Assembly: GCA_040954595.2 (NCBI GenBank)
Contig: CM082592.2
Coordinates: 186,001 to 250,000 of the forward strand
Origin: Balanoglossus misakiensis
Lineage: Eukaryota; Animalia; Hemichordata
Length of the DNA: 64,000 nt
Direction of reading: 5' to 3'
Part shown: positions 49,801 through 62,685 of the stretch, piece by piece
Numbering within the stretch: the first letter of the stretch is position 1
How the letters are laid out: every line of letters begins with the position of its first letter
The notes under the pieces: model-generated
The model's database searches: none
What the model saw: the letters and a program-made list of their open reading frames with translations, nothing else
What the model was told of the DNA's origin: nothing
Translations under genes and position numbers: made by a program

Positions 49801-51779
49801 TCTGGTCACTGATAACATACTTTGTATAAATAGTGGGACTTTTTTGTTTTGGTTATGTAAATGTCTCCATACACAATATTTTTAGCCTGTCAATATGATT
49901 TTTCCACAGCGGACACAATGTGTGTTTGTGCTGTGGTGAATCTAGGATCAGAGATTTGAGGTCATTTTTGCCGGTGGTCTCCACTTTAAGGGCCTTTTGA
50001 TAATGAGAGGGACATTTTTTCTGTTGCCATTATGACAATCATACTAGTATACAAATATTCATAAAGTAAGGCAAGATTGAGAGTAAGAATTGCAGAGAAT
50101 TCCATTGCAGTTTTAGTCTGTACACTGCACTGCAACTACACCCCATGTAAAGTGTAGGAATAAAATTGTGCTATCTAATCTTTTTTTCGGTGTGATCATG
50201 ATTATCAATGATGATTTGTGAAGCATTTTACAATATGTTACAATGTGAGCTGCTGTTCTGAGTCAATGATCTGAATTGCACATTTGCATAAAGTTCAAAA
50301 GAATAGCACCCTTGATTCAAACACCAACTGTATCATCTTAATGTTGAACTGCCTGTGGTAACATTTTCTGGGCTTTTACTGAGGAGACTATTGACAATTG
50401 ACCATGTCTGCGTCTATTCAAGTATTTCAGCATTCTCAGCCTAGGAAGTTAAACGGACAAAGTCTCTCTCTTCCTGCCCTTTTCCCATTAATTAGGTTTG
50501 ATACAACACACTGTTTATGTTAATGAACATTTGTATATGTAGTGAATGTACATTCAACAACACACAAATTCCATACCACTTGTATGATATGAGAGTGAAA
50601 GCTCACCCAAAATGAATAAATGGTAGACACTGATTATTCATTTTGGCGAGTTTTTCACTCTCATGTCTACAAGCGGGATGGAAGTTGTGTGTTTTTGAAC
50701 GTTGGTTCACTATATATCCACATATACATTAACATAAACGGTGTCTTGTATCAAACATAATTATTGGGAAAAGGGTAGCAAAGAGAGACTTTATCCTTTA
50801 ACTTTCCTGCTTAGAACTATAGTAAATGTTCTCCTAAATTTTAAAATTTAGGATTATAATATAAGGCTCTGTAGTTATCTCATTTTTATATGTGGATGAG
50901 AACTGGCAACAGTTTTATAAACACCTTTATACAAATTTGAAGATGAAAACATATGAGTTCCTCTTACCCATGATTTCTATATTTTTTGAAAGTTTTGATT
51001 TTGTGCTCAAAATTGTTTTCAACTTTCTTAAATTGCAGGAGGAACTTTCCATGTGATCTAGCCGACAGGACTTGTGGGAAAAAGTTGAAGATTACAGAAA
51101 TAGATGTACATTATAGCAGCCGAGCTTTGAGCAGGGAAGTAAAATTTTTTATACGATGTACTTTATTGTTTTACTTGACAGCTTAAATATTGCATAATTG
51201 GCAGATGGTGCAGAATTCTGGCTGCCTTTAATAGGTGTTCACTTTGTGCTAGGGGGTCAAATCACATTATAATAATTGCATTCTGGGTAAAAAGTCGACA
51301 ACTCACTGTAGTAAGAGATAGAATAAATGATATGTTTACTGTATGTTATGACTTTCTTTGGTCAAACATGTCTGTCTTTGTACTTAACATATCAAACTCA
51401 TCAAACTTTTTTCACATTTTGTTATTTTTTCTGTTACAAAGATTCAGAAAGACTCAATATCACTTTAGCTCATGAACTCCCATTTCTTAAACATGGCAAA
51501 AATCGGCCATCTTGAAATTGTGTCGACCATATTATGAGATTTTCATCACTCACTTAGGTAGCTTAAAACCTATTTAAGGTAGGGAGGATTAAAAACGACA
51601 TGGTAGGCATCTGCTTTTCAGTTTGGATTAACTTCATGATGTTCAAATGCAAATTACGGCAAAGAGGATGATCACACCAGTCACGTTGAAATTGGAGCAG
51701 TAATATTCTTAAAATCAATGACAATTTAAAGACAAATGTAATATGAGAAAAAAATGATTAGGAATAATAGGATGAATAA

Positions 51780-51945
51780 TAGGAGGATGATAATAAAATA
51801 ACTAAAAATAATGACTACAATGATGATGATGATAATGATGATTGTGATGATGATGATAATGATGATGATGATTATAATGAGGATGATGATGACAATAATG
51901 ATGATGAAGATGTTACAAAAACAGTAACAATGATGATGATGATTA
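51780..51945. repeat. (GAT/AAT)n microsatellite
   Basis: Direct inspection. Confidence 0.9.
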
Positions 51946-52734
51946 GTTCTTTATATCTGTGTAAGAAAGACACCAATAATAGTAGTTTCTGCAGAGCATA
52001 TGTCAATGTGGTATTGTCTGGTTTTGGTGAATCTTCAGGATACTTTGAGACGCAATAGGTTGGAGAATGAATATGTCTTGAGTGGTATAGGTGGTTAATA
52101 TTTGTTTCTTAGTGGTCTTAATTTACTCCAGAATAATGGGTGTAATGTTGTATCTGTTACTAGCGTTAGCTTTGGCATTGTGGTTGTAGTGGTATAAAAT
52201 AACAGAAATAATAATGTAAGTAAAGGTTTAATTTAACCATAAATATACGTTACACAGAGATGTATTTTCATCCAGACAATCAGTCACATTCATCTTAAAT
52301 ATTCGTCAGAATTGGTAGCCTAATGTTTATGCATAGTTCAAGTTTGCATTACATACTTTGTGATTCTGTGTACAGAGTTTTGCAAAGCAAATGTGTTTGT
52401 ACAAACCAGGGTAAAATGATCCTAGTACATAGAGCTGTTGGTGAAAATTTATGACTGGTATAGATATATATCATTGATATGCCTGTTATTAAATGAATTA
52501 AATAAAGTTTTCTTTTTTTCTAGGAATGCACTTCATATGAATCCCTGTTGCCTCGTATCATTTTAATGTACAAATGTAGCAGCCATTTTGCTTGACATGT
52601 AAAATATATCATGTAACGGGTTCGTCTGTGTTTCAGACAAAATGCATGCATGCAAATTTAAATACAGTTACCATGGTAAATGGAGATCTGTACTAACTGG
52701 TACAGCAGTTTTAACCGTAACATAGCGGTGTTGA

Positions 52735-53195
52735 ATATGATAATACTGGTGGTGATAATAGTGATGACAATGAATGTGAATCTGGTGGTACTGGTGATAC
52801 TGATTAAGATAATAATGGTGGTGATGGTGATGATGATGGTGATGATGGTGATAATAATGGTGGTGATGGTGATACTGATGGTGATAATAGTGGTGGTGAT
52901 GGTGATGATGATGATAATAATGGTGGTGATGGTGATACTGATGGTGATAATAGTGGTGGTGATGGTGATAATGATGGTGATGATAGTGATAATAATGGTG
53001 ATGATGGTGATAATGATGGTGATGATGGTGATAATAATGGTAGTGATGGTGATACTGATGGTGATGATGGTGATAATAATGGTGGTGATGGTGATAATGA
53101 TGGTGATGATTGTGATACTGATGGTGATGGTGGTGATACTGATGGTGATGGTGATAATAATGGTTTAGATGGTGATACTGATGATGATGGTGATG

Positions 53196-53227
<32 letters not shown>

Positions 53228-53243
53228 GATGATGATGATGATA
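52735..53243. repeat. (GAT/GGT/AAT)n compound microsatellite
   Basis: Direct inspection. Confidence 0.95.
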
Positions 53244-53509
53244 CTTATAAAAATAAAAATATCATACTCACATGTAATGACACAAAGCTTTGTAAATGGG
53301 TGATCTGCTGGGTGCAGTCATGCTCTCAGGTGTTTTTTATTAAAACTTGCACACATGTGGGTGTTCCCATTCTGACCTGGCCAGTCAGATTTGGGGATGT
53401 CATAACCTTGCACTCTCAAACATGAAATACCGTATAAGTAACCACGCACTCAGAAGTTTCTGATTTATCAAACTAGTTAATAATATTACACTATGGAATT
53501 TGTGGTGTT

Positions 53510-55960
53510 ATAACATGAACAGTGTTTCACAATTGTAAACAAACGACCTGTGTGAAACCAGGGTGTTCTTATTGATAATGATGGGGGAAGGGGGTTGTCA
53601 GTGATTACAAATTTTTGTGTCAGGTACTGTAGCTTGATATGAGAACTTTAAACTAACCTGCAGTATTAAAATGCTGCACCATGATGTGATTAATTTCATT
53701 AATAATTTTACCAAGCATGTGTTCTTAAGGGAACAATGTTTCACAATCGTAAACAAACAACCTGTGTGAACCAATGTGTTCATAATGATGGGGTAGGAAG
53801 TTTCAGCTATTACAATTTTTTGTTTCAGGTACTGTAACTTGATATGAAAACTTTGAACTAATCTGCAGTATTAAAATGCTGCACCATGTTGTGTTGTACC
53901 ATTAATAATTTTACTATGCTTGTGTTATTAAGTGAACAGTGTTTCACAATCGTAAACGAACAGCCAGTGTGGTAATGATCGGGGGTGGGGGTTGTCAGGG
54001 GTGGGGGGTGTCAGCGATTACAAATTTTTGTTTCAGGTACTGTAGCTTGATATGAAAACTTTGAACTAATCTGCAGTATTAAATTGCTGCACCATGATGT
54101 GTTTTATCATTAATAATTTTGCCATGCTTGTCTTATTAAGTAAACAGTGTTTGACGATCATAAACAAACAATCTGTGTGAAACCAATGTGTTCTAATTGG
54201 TAATGATCGGGGGTGGGGGTTGTCAGTGATTACAAATTTTTGTTTCAGGTACTGTAGCTTGATATGAAAACTTTGAACTAATCTGCAGTATTAAATTGCT
54301 GCACCATGATGTGTTTTATCATTAATAATTCTACTATGCTTGTGTTAATTAAGTGAACAGTGTTTCACGAATGTAAACAAGTAACCAACGTGAAACCAAG
54401 GTGTTCTAATTGGTAATGATCGGGTGTGGGAGGTGTCAGGGTTGGGGGGTGTAAGTGATTACAATTTTTTGTTTCAGGTACTGTAGCTTGATATGAAAAC
54501 CTTGAACTAATCTGCAGTATTAAATGCTGCACCATGATGGGTTTTATCATTAATAATTCTACTATGCTTGTGTTAATTAAGTGAACAGTGTTTCACAATC
54601 GTAAACAAACAACCTATGTGAAACCAAGTGTTCAAATTGATAATGATTGGGGGAGGGGGGTGTCAGCGATAATAAATTTTTGTTTCAGGTACTGTTGCTT
54701 GATATGAAAACCTTGAACTAATCTGCAGTATTAAAATGCTGCACCATAATGTGTTTTATCATTAATAATTTGATTATGCTTGTGTTCTTAAGTGAACAGT
54801 GTTTCACAATCGTAAACAAACAACCTGTGTGAACCAAGGTGTTCATCATGATCGGGGGTGGGGGTGTCAGGGGAGGGGGGTGTCAGTGATCACAAATTTT
54901 TGTTTCAGGTACTGTAGCTTGATATGAAAACTTTGAACTAACCTGCAGTATTAATTAAAATGCTGCACCATATTTAGTGAACAGTGTTTCACAATCATAA
55001 ACAAACAACCTATGTGAAACCAAGTGTTCTAATTGATAATGATGGGGGGAGGGGGATGTCAGTGATCACAAATTTTTGTGTCAGGTACTGTAGCTTGATA
55101 TGAAAACCTTGAACTAATCTGCAGTATTAAAATGCTGCACCATAATGTGTTTAATCATTAATAATTTGACTATGCTTGTGTTCTTAAGTGAACAGTGTTT
55201 CACAATCGTAAACAAACAACCTGTGTGAACCAAGGTGTTCATCATGATCGGGGGTGGGGGGTGTCAGGGGAGGGGGGTGTCAGTGATTACAAATTTTTGT
55301 TTCAGGTACTGTAGCTTGATATGAAAAGTTTGACCTAACCTGCAGTATTAAAATGCTGCACCATATTTAGTGAACAGTGTCTCACAATCGTAAACAAACA
55401 ACCTGTGTGAAACCAAGTGTTCAAATTGATAATGATGGGGGGAGGGGGGTGTCAGCCATAATAAATTTTTGTTTCAGGTACTGTAGCTTGATATGAAAAC
55501 CTTGAACTAATCTGCAGTATTAAAATGCTGCACCATAATGTGTTTTATCATTAATAATTTGACTATGCTTGTGTTCTTAAGTGAACAGTGTTTCACAATC
55601 GTAAACAAACAACCTGTGTGAAACCAAGTGTTCTAATTGATAATGATGGGGGGTGGGGGGTGTCAGGGGTGGGGGGTGTAAGAGATTACAAAGTTTTGTT
55701 TCAGGTACTGTAGCTTGATATGAAAACTTTGAACTAACCTGCAGTATTAATAAAATGCTGCACCATGATGTGTTTTATCATTAATAATTTTACTATGCTT
55801 GTGTTATTAAGTGAACAGTGTTTCACAATCGTAAACAAATAACCTGTGTGAACCAAGGTGTTCATAATGATGGGGGTGGGGGTGCCAGCGATTCATAATG
55901 ATGGGGGTGTCAGTGATTACAAATTTTTGTTTCAGGTACTGTAGCTTGATATGAAAACTT
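53510..55960. repeat. Tandem array, 12 units of ~170-230 bp
   Basis: CAGGTACTG recurs 12 times from 53621 to 55933. Each unit has a variable G-run block. Confidence 0.95.
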
Positions 55961-56479
55961 CCAGACAGTGTTTGCATTGAACCGGTAATTGTGATCACAA
56001 TTGATGTGTCTCAAATGCATGATTTCTTTCCAGATTAAATAATATGATATAACATTGCATTGTATAACATTTATGTTCCAGATCTGTATTTAATTGTGTT
56101 TTAATACCATCCAGTCAGTTTCACCAACAGCTCATTGTCTAAATTCCCCCTTTTCATCAGTGAAGTTAGCACTCGTTTGAAAATTGGAAAATAATTTACA
56201 TAACATGGCTGTTTTGGAAATTGCAGTACTTTAGTAAAAGAACATTCAGAATTACTGGTGTATAATGTCAGCTATGCGCATAAAAAAATTGCCATTTGAA
56301 ATTTTAATATTATAATATTCTTAGACTTAAAAATTTACAAACTGATAATAATAAACATATAATATTTTAGAGTATAATACAATCACCTCAGCTAGATTAA
56401 CGAACTAGTGACTTTGTAGAATGCTGTTGGTTGACAGTTTCTGATTTTCATGGGTCATTCAACATTTTGATTTTATTTC

Positions 56480-56675
56480 TGTTAATGTTGGTGATGGTGT
56501 TGGCAGTTTTGATGTTAATTGTTATTGCTAGTTGTTATGGTGATGGCATTGATGGTTGTACTGATGTTGATGACGGTTGTAATGGTGATGATGATGATGA
56601 TGATGGTGATGATGATGGCAATGATGGTGATGATGATGATGATTATGATGATGATGATGATGATGATAATGATAA
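56480..56675. repeat. (GAT)n microsatellite
   Basis: Direct inspection. Confidence 0.9.
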
Positions 56676-57281
56676 ATAAGAAATGTGTTGTTTTCTCATT
56701 AATCCTCAGCCATGGAACTTAAATATTCTGCTGAATTTGTATTGATTAGTAGGCTTAGCTTTAAGTGATAATTTAGTACTTATGTCTGATGATTTTAGGG
56801 AATAACTTTTGAAAACTGCATTAATAATTTTGCAGTTTTTATCACTGTGTATTTTTCTTAAACCCACAACTGGGCATAAATTGTAATGGCAATTTTCCAG
56901 TAAGGAGCTAAACCCAGTGAATGGTATAGTTTAGCAATTACAATGTACATAATATATAGACAGGTGATAATTACAGGAATAATTTTAAATTTGTAGAAAT
57001 TTAGTCCCCCATAATGATTAGTTGACTGAGTACCGGTCCATGTTTCTCCCATAGAAATATAAATATTTTCACATTTTGTAAGTCTATTGGATAAATAAAT
57101 AAGTTTATCAGATCCTAGAGTTTTACAATGGTTAATGTACATCAGATAGCTAACTACCCACCAGATTAAAAGGGAAAATACAATGTAAGTGTACCATGGG
57201 TAACATTAAACTCAACCAGTCTATGATAATCAATTAATATTTACTATTTATTATTTGTTGCAGGTGTTGGGGATTGTTAGC

Positions 57282-58541
57282 AGCCAAGTTGGAGTTCATA
57301 GCAGTTAGTTATAATTGTCTATTTACACGTTTTTTCTCATTAGTTTCAGATTTCCATGATGCCCAATATCCTCCTGTCCAGATGCCAAGTTGGTAACCAG
57401 GTAACATGATTCCTATGGTGTGAGTATGCAAATTAATGGCTCATGGCTTGCAGTCATGTGACATCTCCGTGTCTCTTGTGATTTCCTGGACACTTTGCCC
57501 TAGTCGCCTTGAAACCAGAAACGACTGAGCACCCAACGAGAAATAATTATAGATTGGAGCCAAGTTGAAGTTCATAGCAGTCAGTAATAATTGTCTATTT
57601 ACACAAATTTTCTCATTAGTTTCAGATTACCATGATGCCCAATATCCTCCTGTCCAGATGCCAAGTTGGTAACCGGGTAACATGATTCCTATGGTGTGAG
57701 TATGCAAATAAATGGCTCATGGCTTGCAGTCATGTGACATCTCCGTGTCTCTTGTGTTATCCTGGACACTTTGCACTAGTCGCCTTTGAACCAGAAACAA
57801 CTGAGCACCCAACGAGAAATAATTATGGATTGGAGCCAAGTTGAAGTTCATAACAGTCAGTTATAATTGTCTATTTACACAATTTTTTCTCATTAGTTTC
57901 AGATTTCCATGATGCCCAATATCCTCCTGTCCAGATGCCAAGTTGGTAACCAGGTAACATGATTCCTATGGTGTGAGTATGCAAAATAATGGCTCATGGC
58001 TTGCAGTCATGTGACATCTCCGTGTCTCTTGTGATTTCCTGGACACTTTGCCCTAGTCGCCTTGAAACCAGAAACGACTGAGCACCCAACGAGAAATAAT
58101 TATAGATTGGAGCCAAGTTGAAGTTCATAGCAGTCAGTAATAATTGTCTATTTACACAAATTTTCTCATTAGTTTCAGATTACCATGATGCCCAATATCC
58201 TCCTGTCCAGATGCCAAGTTGGTAACCGGGTAACATGATTCCTATGGTGTGAGTATGCAAATAAATGGCTCATGGCTTGCAGTCATGTGACATCTCCGTG
58301 TCTCTTGTGTTATCCTGGACACTTTGCACTAGTCGCCTTTGAACCAGAAACAACTGAGCACCCAACGAGAAATAATTATGGATTGGAGCCAAGTTGAAGT
58401 TCATAACAGTCAGTTATAATTGTCTATTTACACAATTTTTTCTCATTAGTTTCAGATTTCCATGATGCCCAATATCCTCCTGTCCAGATGCCAAGTTGGT
58501 AACCAGGTAACATGATTCCTGTGGTGTGAGTATGCAAATTA
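57282..58541. repeat. 276-bp tandem array (4.5 units) with A/B dimer higher-order structure
   Basis: AGCCAAGTT at 57282, 57558, 57834, 58111 and 58387, with alternating diagnostic variants. Confidence 0.95.
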
Positions 58542-58997
58542 AATTTGAGTAACCAGCCATTGAAGTACATTACATTCATGAAGACAGGAGATCATCTCTG
58601 TCCATAGATATATTTTACCATTATGTTGTTTGACACAGAAATACTTATTAGCATATTTTCCATTTTTTGCAGAAAGGGGTATCTAGCTGTTGATCAAAAT
58701 CTGCCAAACTAGATGTATATTCAAGCCTGTAAAGCAGTACAGTAGTTTGCAAGGGTAACATAAGATAATTATTGTTCTTCTAAGATTTCCTTTACCCCAT
58801 AGATGACAGCATAGAATTTAATTGCTCATTTTGGAGGGCAGTGTGTGACTTATTGTATTGTCCATCCAGGAGATTATCCTTACATTTTACTGCCTTATTT
58901 TTTGACACTAAAATACTGTCATATTTTCCATTTTTGTAGATAATAGTTTCTCTCTGGTGATCAACATTGATGATCTGTCGAACTGGATGTGTGTACA

Positions 58998-60225
58998 CAT
59001 CTTGGTATTACTCGATCTTTCCGCAGCATTTGACACTGTGAACCATACCATTTTACTCAATCGCTAAAGAGACCGCTTCGGTCTCTCAGATACTGTTCTC
59101 ATGTGGTTTAAGTCTTACCTTTCCAATCGTAGTCAGTGTGTACTTGTAAATTCCACCCAATCACCTTTCTATCCGCTCGACACTGGGGTACCACAGGGAT
59201 CAGTTCTTGGTCCCATACTTTTCAATATGTACACGTCTCCATTAGGTGAATTAGTTCAAAGTCATGGTTGTCTTTATAGTTTTTATGCAGATGACTCTTC
59301 ACTTTATATGTCTTTTAGTAAAGACAACGCAGCAAGAACTGTTTCAAATCTTGAACTTTGTATTTCTGATGTTAGGTTTTGGATGTCTGAAAACTTCTTG
59401 TGCTTAAACGATGATAAGACTGAATTTGTTATTTTCTCTGGTATTTTGGGTGATCTGTCTGCTAGAGGGATTTCAGAAATTCGTGTTGGCGATTCTCTGA
59501 TTCCCGTCCATTGTCAGGCTAAGAGCCTTGGAGTGATCCTTGACTCTTGTCTGACAATGAAGCCACATATTGGACAGATCTGCCGCTCTGCCACTTTTCA
59601 TTTACGTCGCATTGCGCTTATCCGCAAATATTTATCTCATTCAGCTACAGAGCAATTAGTTCATGCATTCATTACGTCTCGAATTGATTCATGTAATTCA
59701 CTTTTATTTGGGCTCCCGAAGTATTCAATCAACCGTATCCAACGCGTTCAGAATATTGCTGCTAGAATTGTAACTCGTTCTAAAATCACCTGTCACATCA
59801 CTCCAATTTTGTATCAGTTGCACTGGCTACCTTTTACAGAGCGTATTGTTTTTAAGATGTTAGTTCTCATTTTTAAATCCATTCATAAACTTGGTCCAAT
59901 CTATCTTTCTAGCATGACTAATCTATATGTTCCATGTCGCAATTTAAGGTCAGCTGATCAGTTCAAACTCTGCCCTGTTCGATCACGCACCAAGAGTTAT
60001 GGTGATCGTGCTTTTACTGTTGCTGCTCCAATTCTTTGGAATAATCTTCCACTCACCATTCGCCAGGCACCAGACTTATCTGTTTTTAAATCAAATGTTA
60101 AAACTTTACTTTTTAAATCTGTTTTTTAGCCATTTGTTGTATTGTACTTTTGCTTTAAGCGTCATTGATCACATTTTTTTGTGGATACTGACGCTATACA
60201 AATAAATTATTATTATTATTATTAT
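58998..60225 (+). mobile_element. 5'-truncated CR1/L2-group LINE
   Basis: LLDLSAAFDTVNH, GVPQGSVLGP and YADD motifs. (TAT)n tail. TACA duplication versus the empty site GTGTGTACATGCC at 60501. Confidence 0.92.
59101..60129 (+). pseudogene. LINE reverse transcriptase C-terminal part
   Basis: 342-aa ORF with RT motifs. Lacks endonuclease and RT N-terminus, with an in-frame TAA at ~59065. Confidence 0.9.
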
Positions 60226-62229
60226 TACATGCCTGTATTGCAGCCAATTGGTGTCTGAGGGTAACATATAAGATAATTCTTTTTCTCCTAAAGATTTCCT
60301 AGACCCCATAGATGAATGCATATAATTTAATTGCTCATTTTGGAGGGCAGTGTGTGACTTATTGTATTGTCCATCCAGGAGATCATCTGTCCATACATTT
60401 TACTGTCATGTTTTTTGACACTAAAATACTTTGTCATATTTTCCATTTTTGCAGATAATGGTTTCTCTCTGGTGATCAACATTGATCTGTCGAACTGGAT
60501 GTGTGTACATGCCTGTATTGCAGCCAAGTGGTGTCTGAGGGTAACATAAGATAATTCTTATTCTGTTAAAGATTTCCTAGACGCCATGGATGACAGCATA
60601 GAATTTAATTGCTCATTTGGAGGCCCCTGTACAACGTATTGTATTGTTCATGAAGACAGGAGATCATCTCTGTCCATATAGTTACATTTTGCCGTGCTGT
60701 TTGACACAGAAATACTTATTGGCATATTTTTCATTTTTGCAGATAACAGTCACTGGTCCCTGTGATGAGTAATGTCTATCAACATAGATCTGTGCATGCT
60801 TGTACCGGTATAGCCTCCAAGCACTTCAAAGGTAACATAGCATTAACCTTACGGGCCACTGATAATAAAAGTCGATGCATTCCTTCATTTTACTTGATAG
60901 CAAGCCCCCCCCCCTACTTGATAGCAACCCCCCCCCCCCACCCCACCCCCTGAAATGCTCCTATACACATCCATATTATATAAAAACACTGGAAGTGCAC
61001 ATGGTCGGTATATACTGTGTGCTTCAGTCGGGATAAATATTCATCCAGCAATGCATGATGAACTGGGTCTGATTTTATAGCATTTATGCCCACAGCTGGT
61101 CTTTCCACTTATTCATAATTACTGTACAGAGAGAGGAGTCAACGCCATACTCGAAATACTGTAACTGATGTCCAATCCATCCTATTGCTTTCTCTTCCAA
61201 TATGCATTCAACCAGTTCATTGCCTGATGAAAAACAGCAGATTTTTTAACTTGTAGTTTCGCGGACTTCAATTCACTCTTTTGACGCGGGCTTATCTTCA
61301 TTTGGTAGAGTTTTAAGGGAGTGTCACGCCAGACAAAAATACAAAAGTGGGGCCCAAGTGTGTTCTACCACCATATTACATAGTGATCAAGAAGTGACCT
61401 GATCAGATGTTGTCACATCCTGGGCCCCTTTTTTACCCATGTTCAGTGTTTGACAGGAGCATATTTTCCTTTCTGTGTGAATGTTGAATGTCTCTTATTT
61501 GCTGTAATCAATCAATCAATACAAGGTGAGTGTTATGTCGTCTTTCTGTGCATAGGCAAGAAGAGGATACATGTATGAATGCAGAAGCCCCAGTGAATCG
61601 GATGCAGAGAAGTTTCCTTCCAGGATGACTTTATTTTACTGACTTTGATTCCATCGTCATTCCAAGAATAGAACTTCTCCCACGGGACGAAATTGAACAT
61701 TAATCAATCCCTTCCTCATTTATATGATCTGTATTACAAATGTATTATTCTGATAGCATTTTTTGTCATTGTGTCAGAGAGAGAGGGTTTAAGTAGGTTA
61801 AAACTAAATTGTACACTTCAGTTTGCCAACACTGCTAAATTATCACCATGATTTATTCAGCATAACCTGAAGGTTGTTGAATCCTATAGGCACAATAAGC
61901 ATTGCATGTAGCAAGCACTTAGTGTAAATTTACGTTAATTGCACAGGGTACAGCAGCCTTCAGGGGTTTACTGTTTAGCTTTGTAGCATAATTGCACCCA
62001 CATATAAAGAAAAAGTCAAGTTAAGATATTAAAGCCGAATGGTAAACAGAATACAAAGGGTTTACAGCATTAGTCCTGTATTGATACAGAAAGCAAATAT
62101 GACAATGAACAGTTGACCAACATTGAACATTTTTTGACTGGCTCTCTCTCTCTCTCTCTCTATAAACTTGGACGGTCATTTTTCCAGAATGTACTGGATA
62201 TAGGCATGATTTACTAGTATTGTACATTT

Positions 62230-62509
62230 ATTCATCCATCCATCCATTCATTCATACATACATACATACATACATACATACATACATACATACATACATA
62301 CATACATACATACATACATACATACATACATTTATTCATTCATTCATTCACTCGTTCATTCATTCATTTATTTATATATTTATTTGTGTCGTTGTATGTT
62401 TGCATGTACCCGTGTGTGTGTGTGTCTGTATGTATGTATGCATGTATGTATGTATGTATGTATGTATGTATGTATGTATGTATGTATGTATGTATGTATG
62501 TATGTATGT

Positions 62510-62565
<56 letters not shown>

Positions 62566-62648
62566 ATGTATGTATGTCTGTCTGTCTGTCTGTCTGTATG
62601 TCTGTCTGTCTGTCTGTATGTATGTATGTATGTATGTATGTATGTATA
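62230..62648. repeat. (TACA)n/(TATG)n/(TA)n/(TCTG)n compound microsatellite
   Basis: Direct inspection. Confidence 0.95.
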
Positions 62649-62685
62649 TTTTCAAAATTGTTGGATGTCTCGGAGTACTCTCTGT

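Larger units (their letters stand above)
58575..60840 (+). repeat. Four diverged ~280-bp exon-intron-like units, the second split by a LINE
   Basis: Each has CATTTTTG(C/T)AG|...|GTAACAT: 58673-58754, 58940-60260, 60455-60540 and 60743-60831. Confidence 0.65.

Noticed and set aside
50208-50274. C/D snoRNA candidate (ATGATGA..AGCTGCTGTT-CTGA..CTGA) with a ~10-nt match to the 28S AACAGCAGUU segment as I recall it
   Set aside because: Box spacing is too tight, there is no convincing terminal stem, and the guide is short. An Rfam or snoscan hit would be needed.
52680-53168. 162-aa hydrophobic M/V/I ORF (and the 56431-56722 ORFs)
   Set aside because: Translation of a trinucleotide microsatellite.
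53621-53670. SECIS-like stem in array units (TGA..AAAA..TGA)
   Set aside because: Upper stem is far too short and there is no selenoprotein context.
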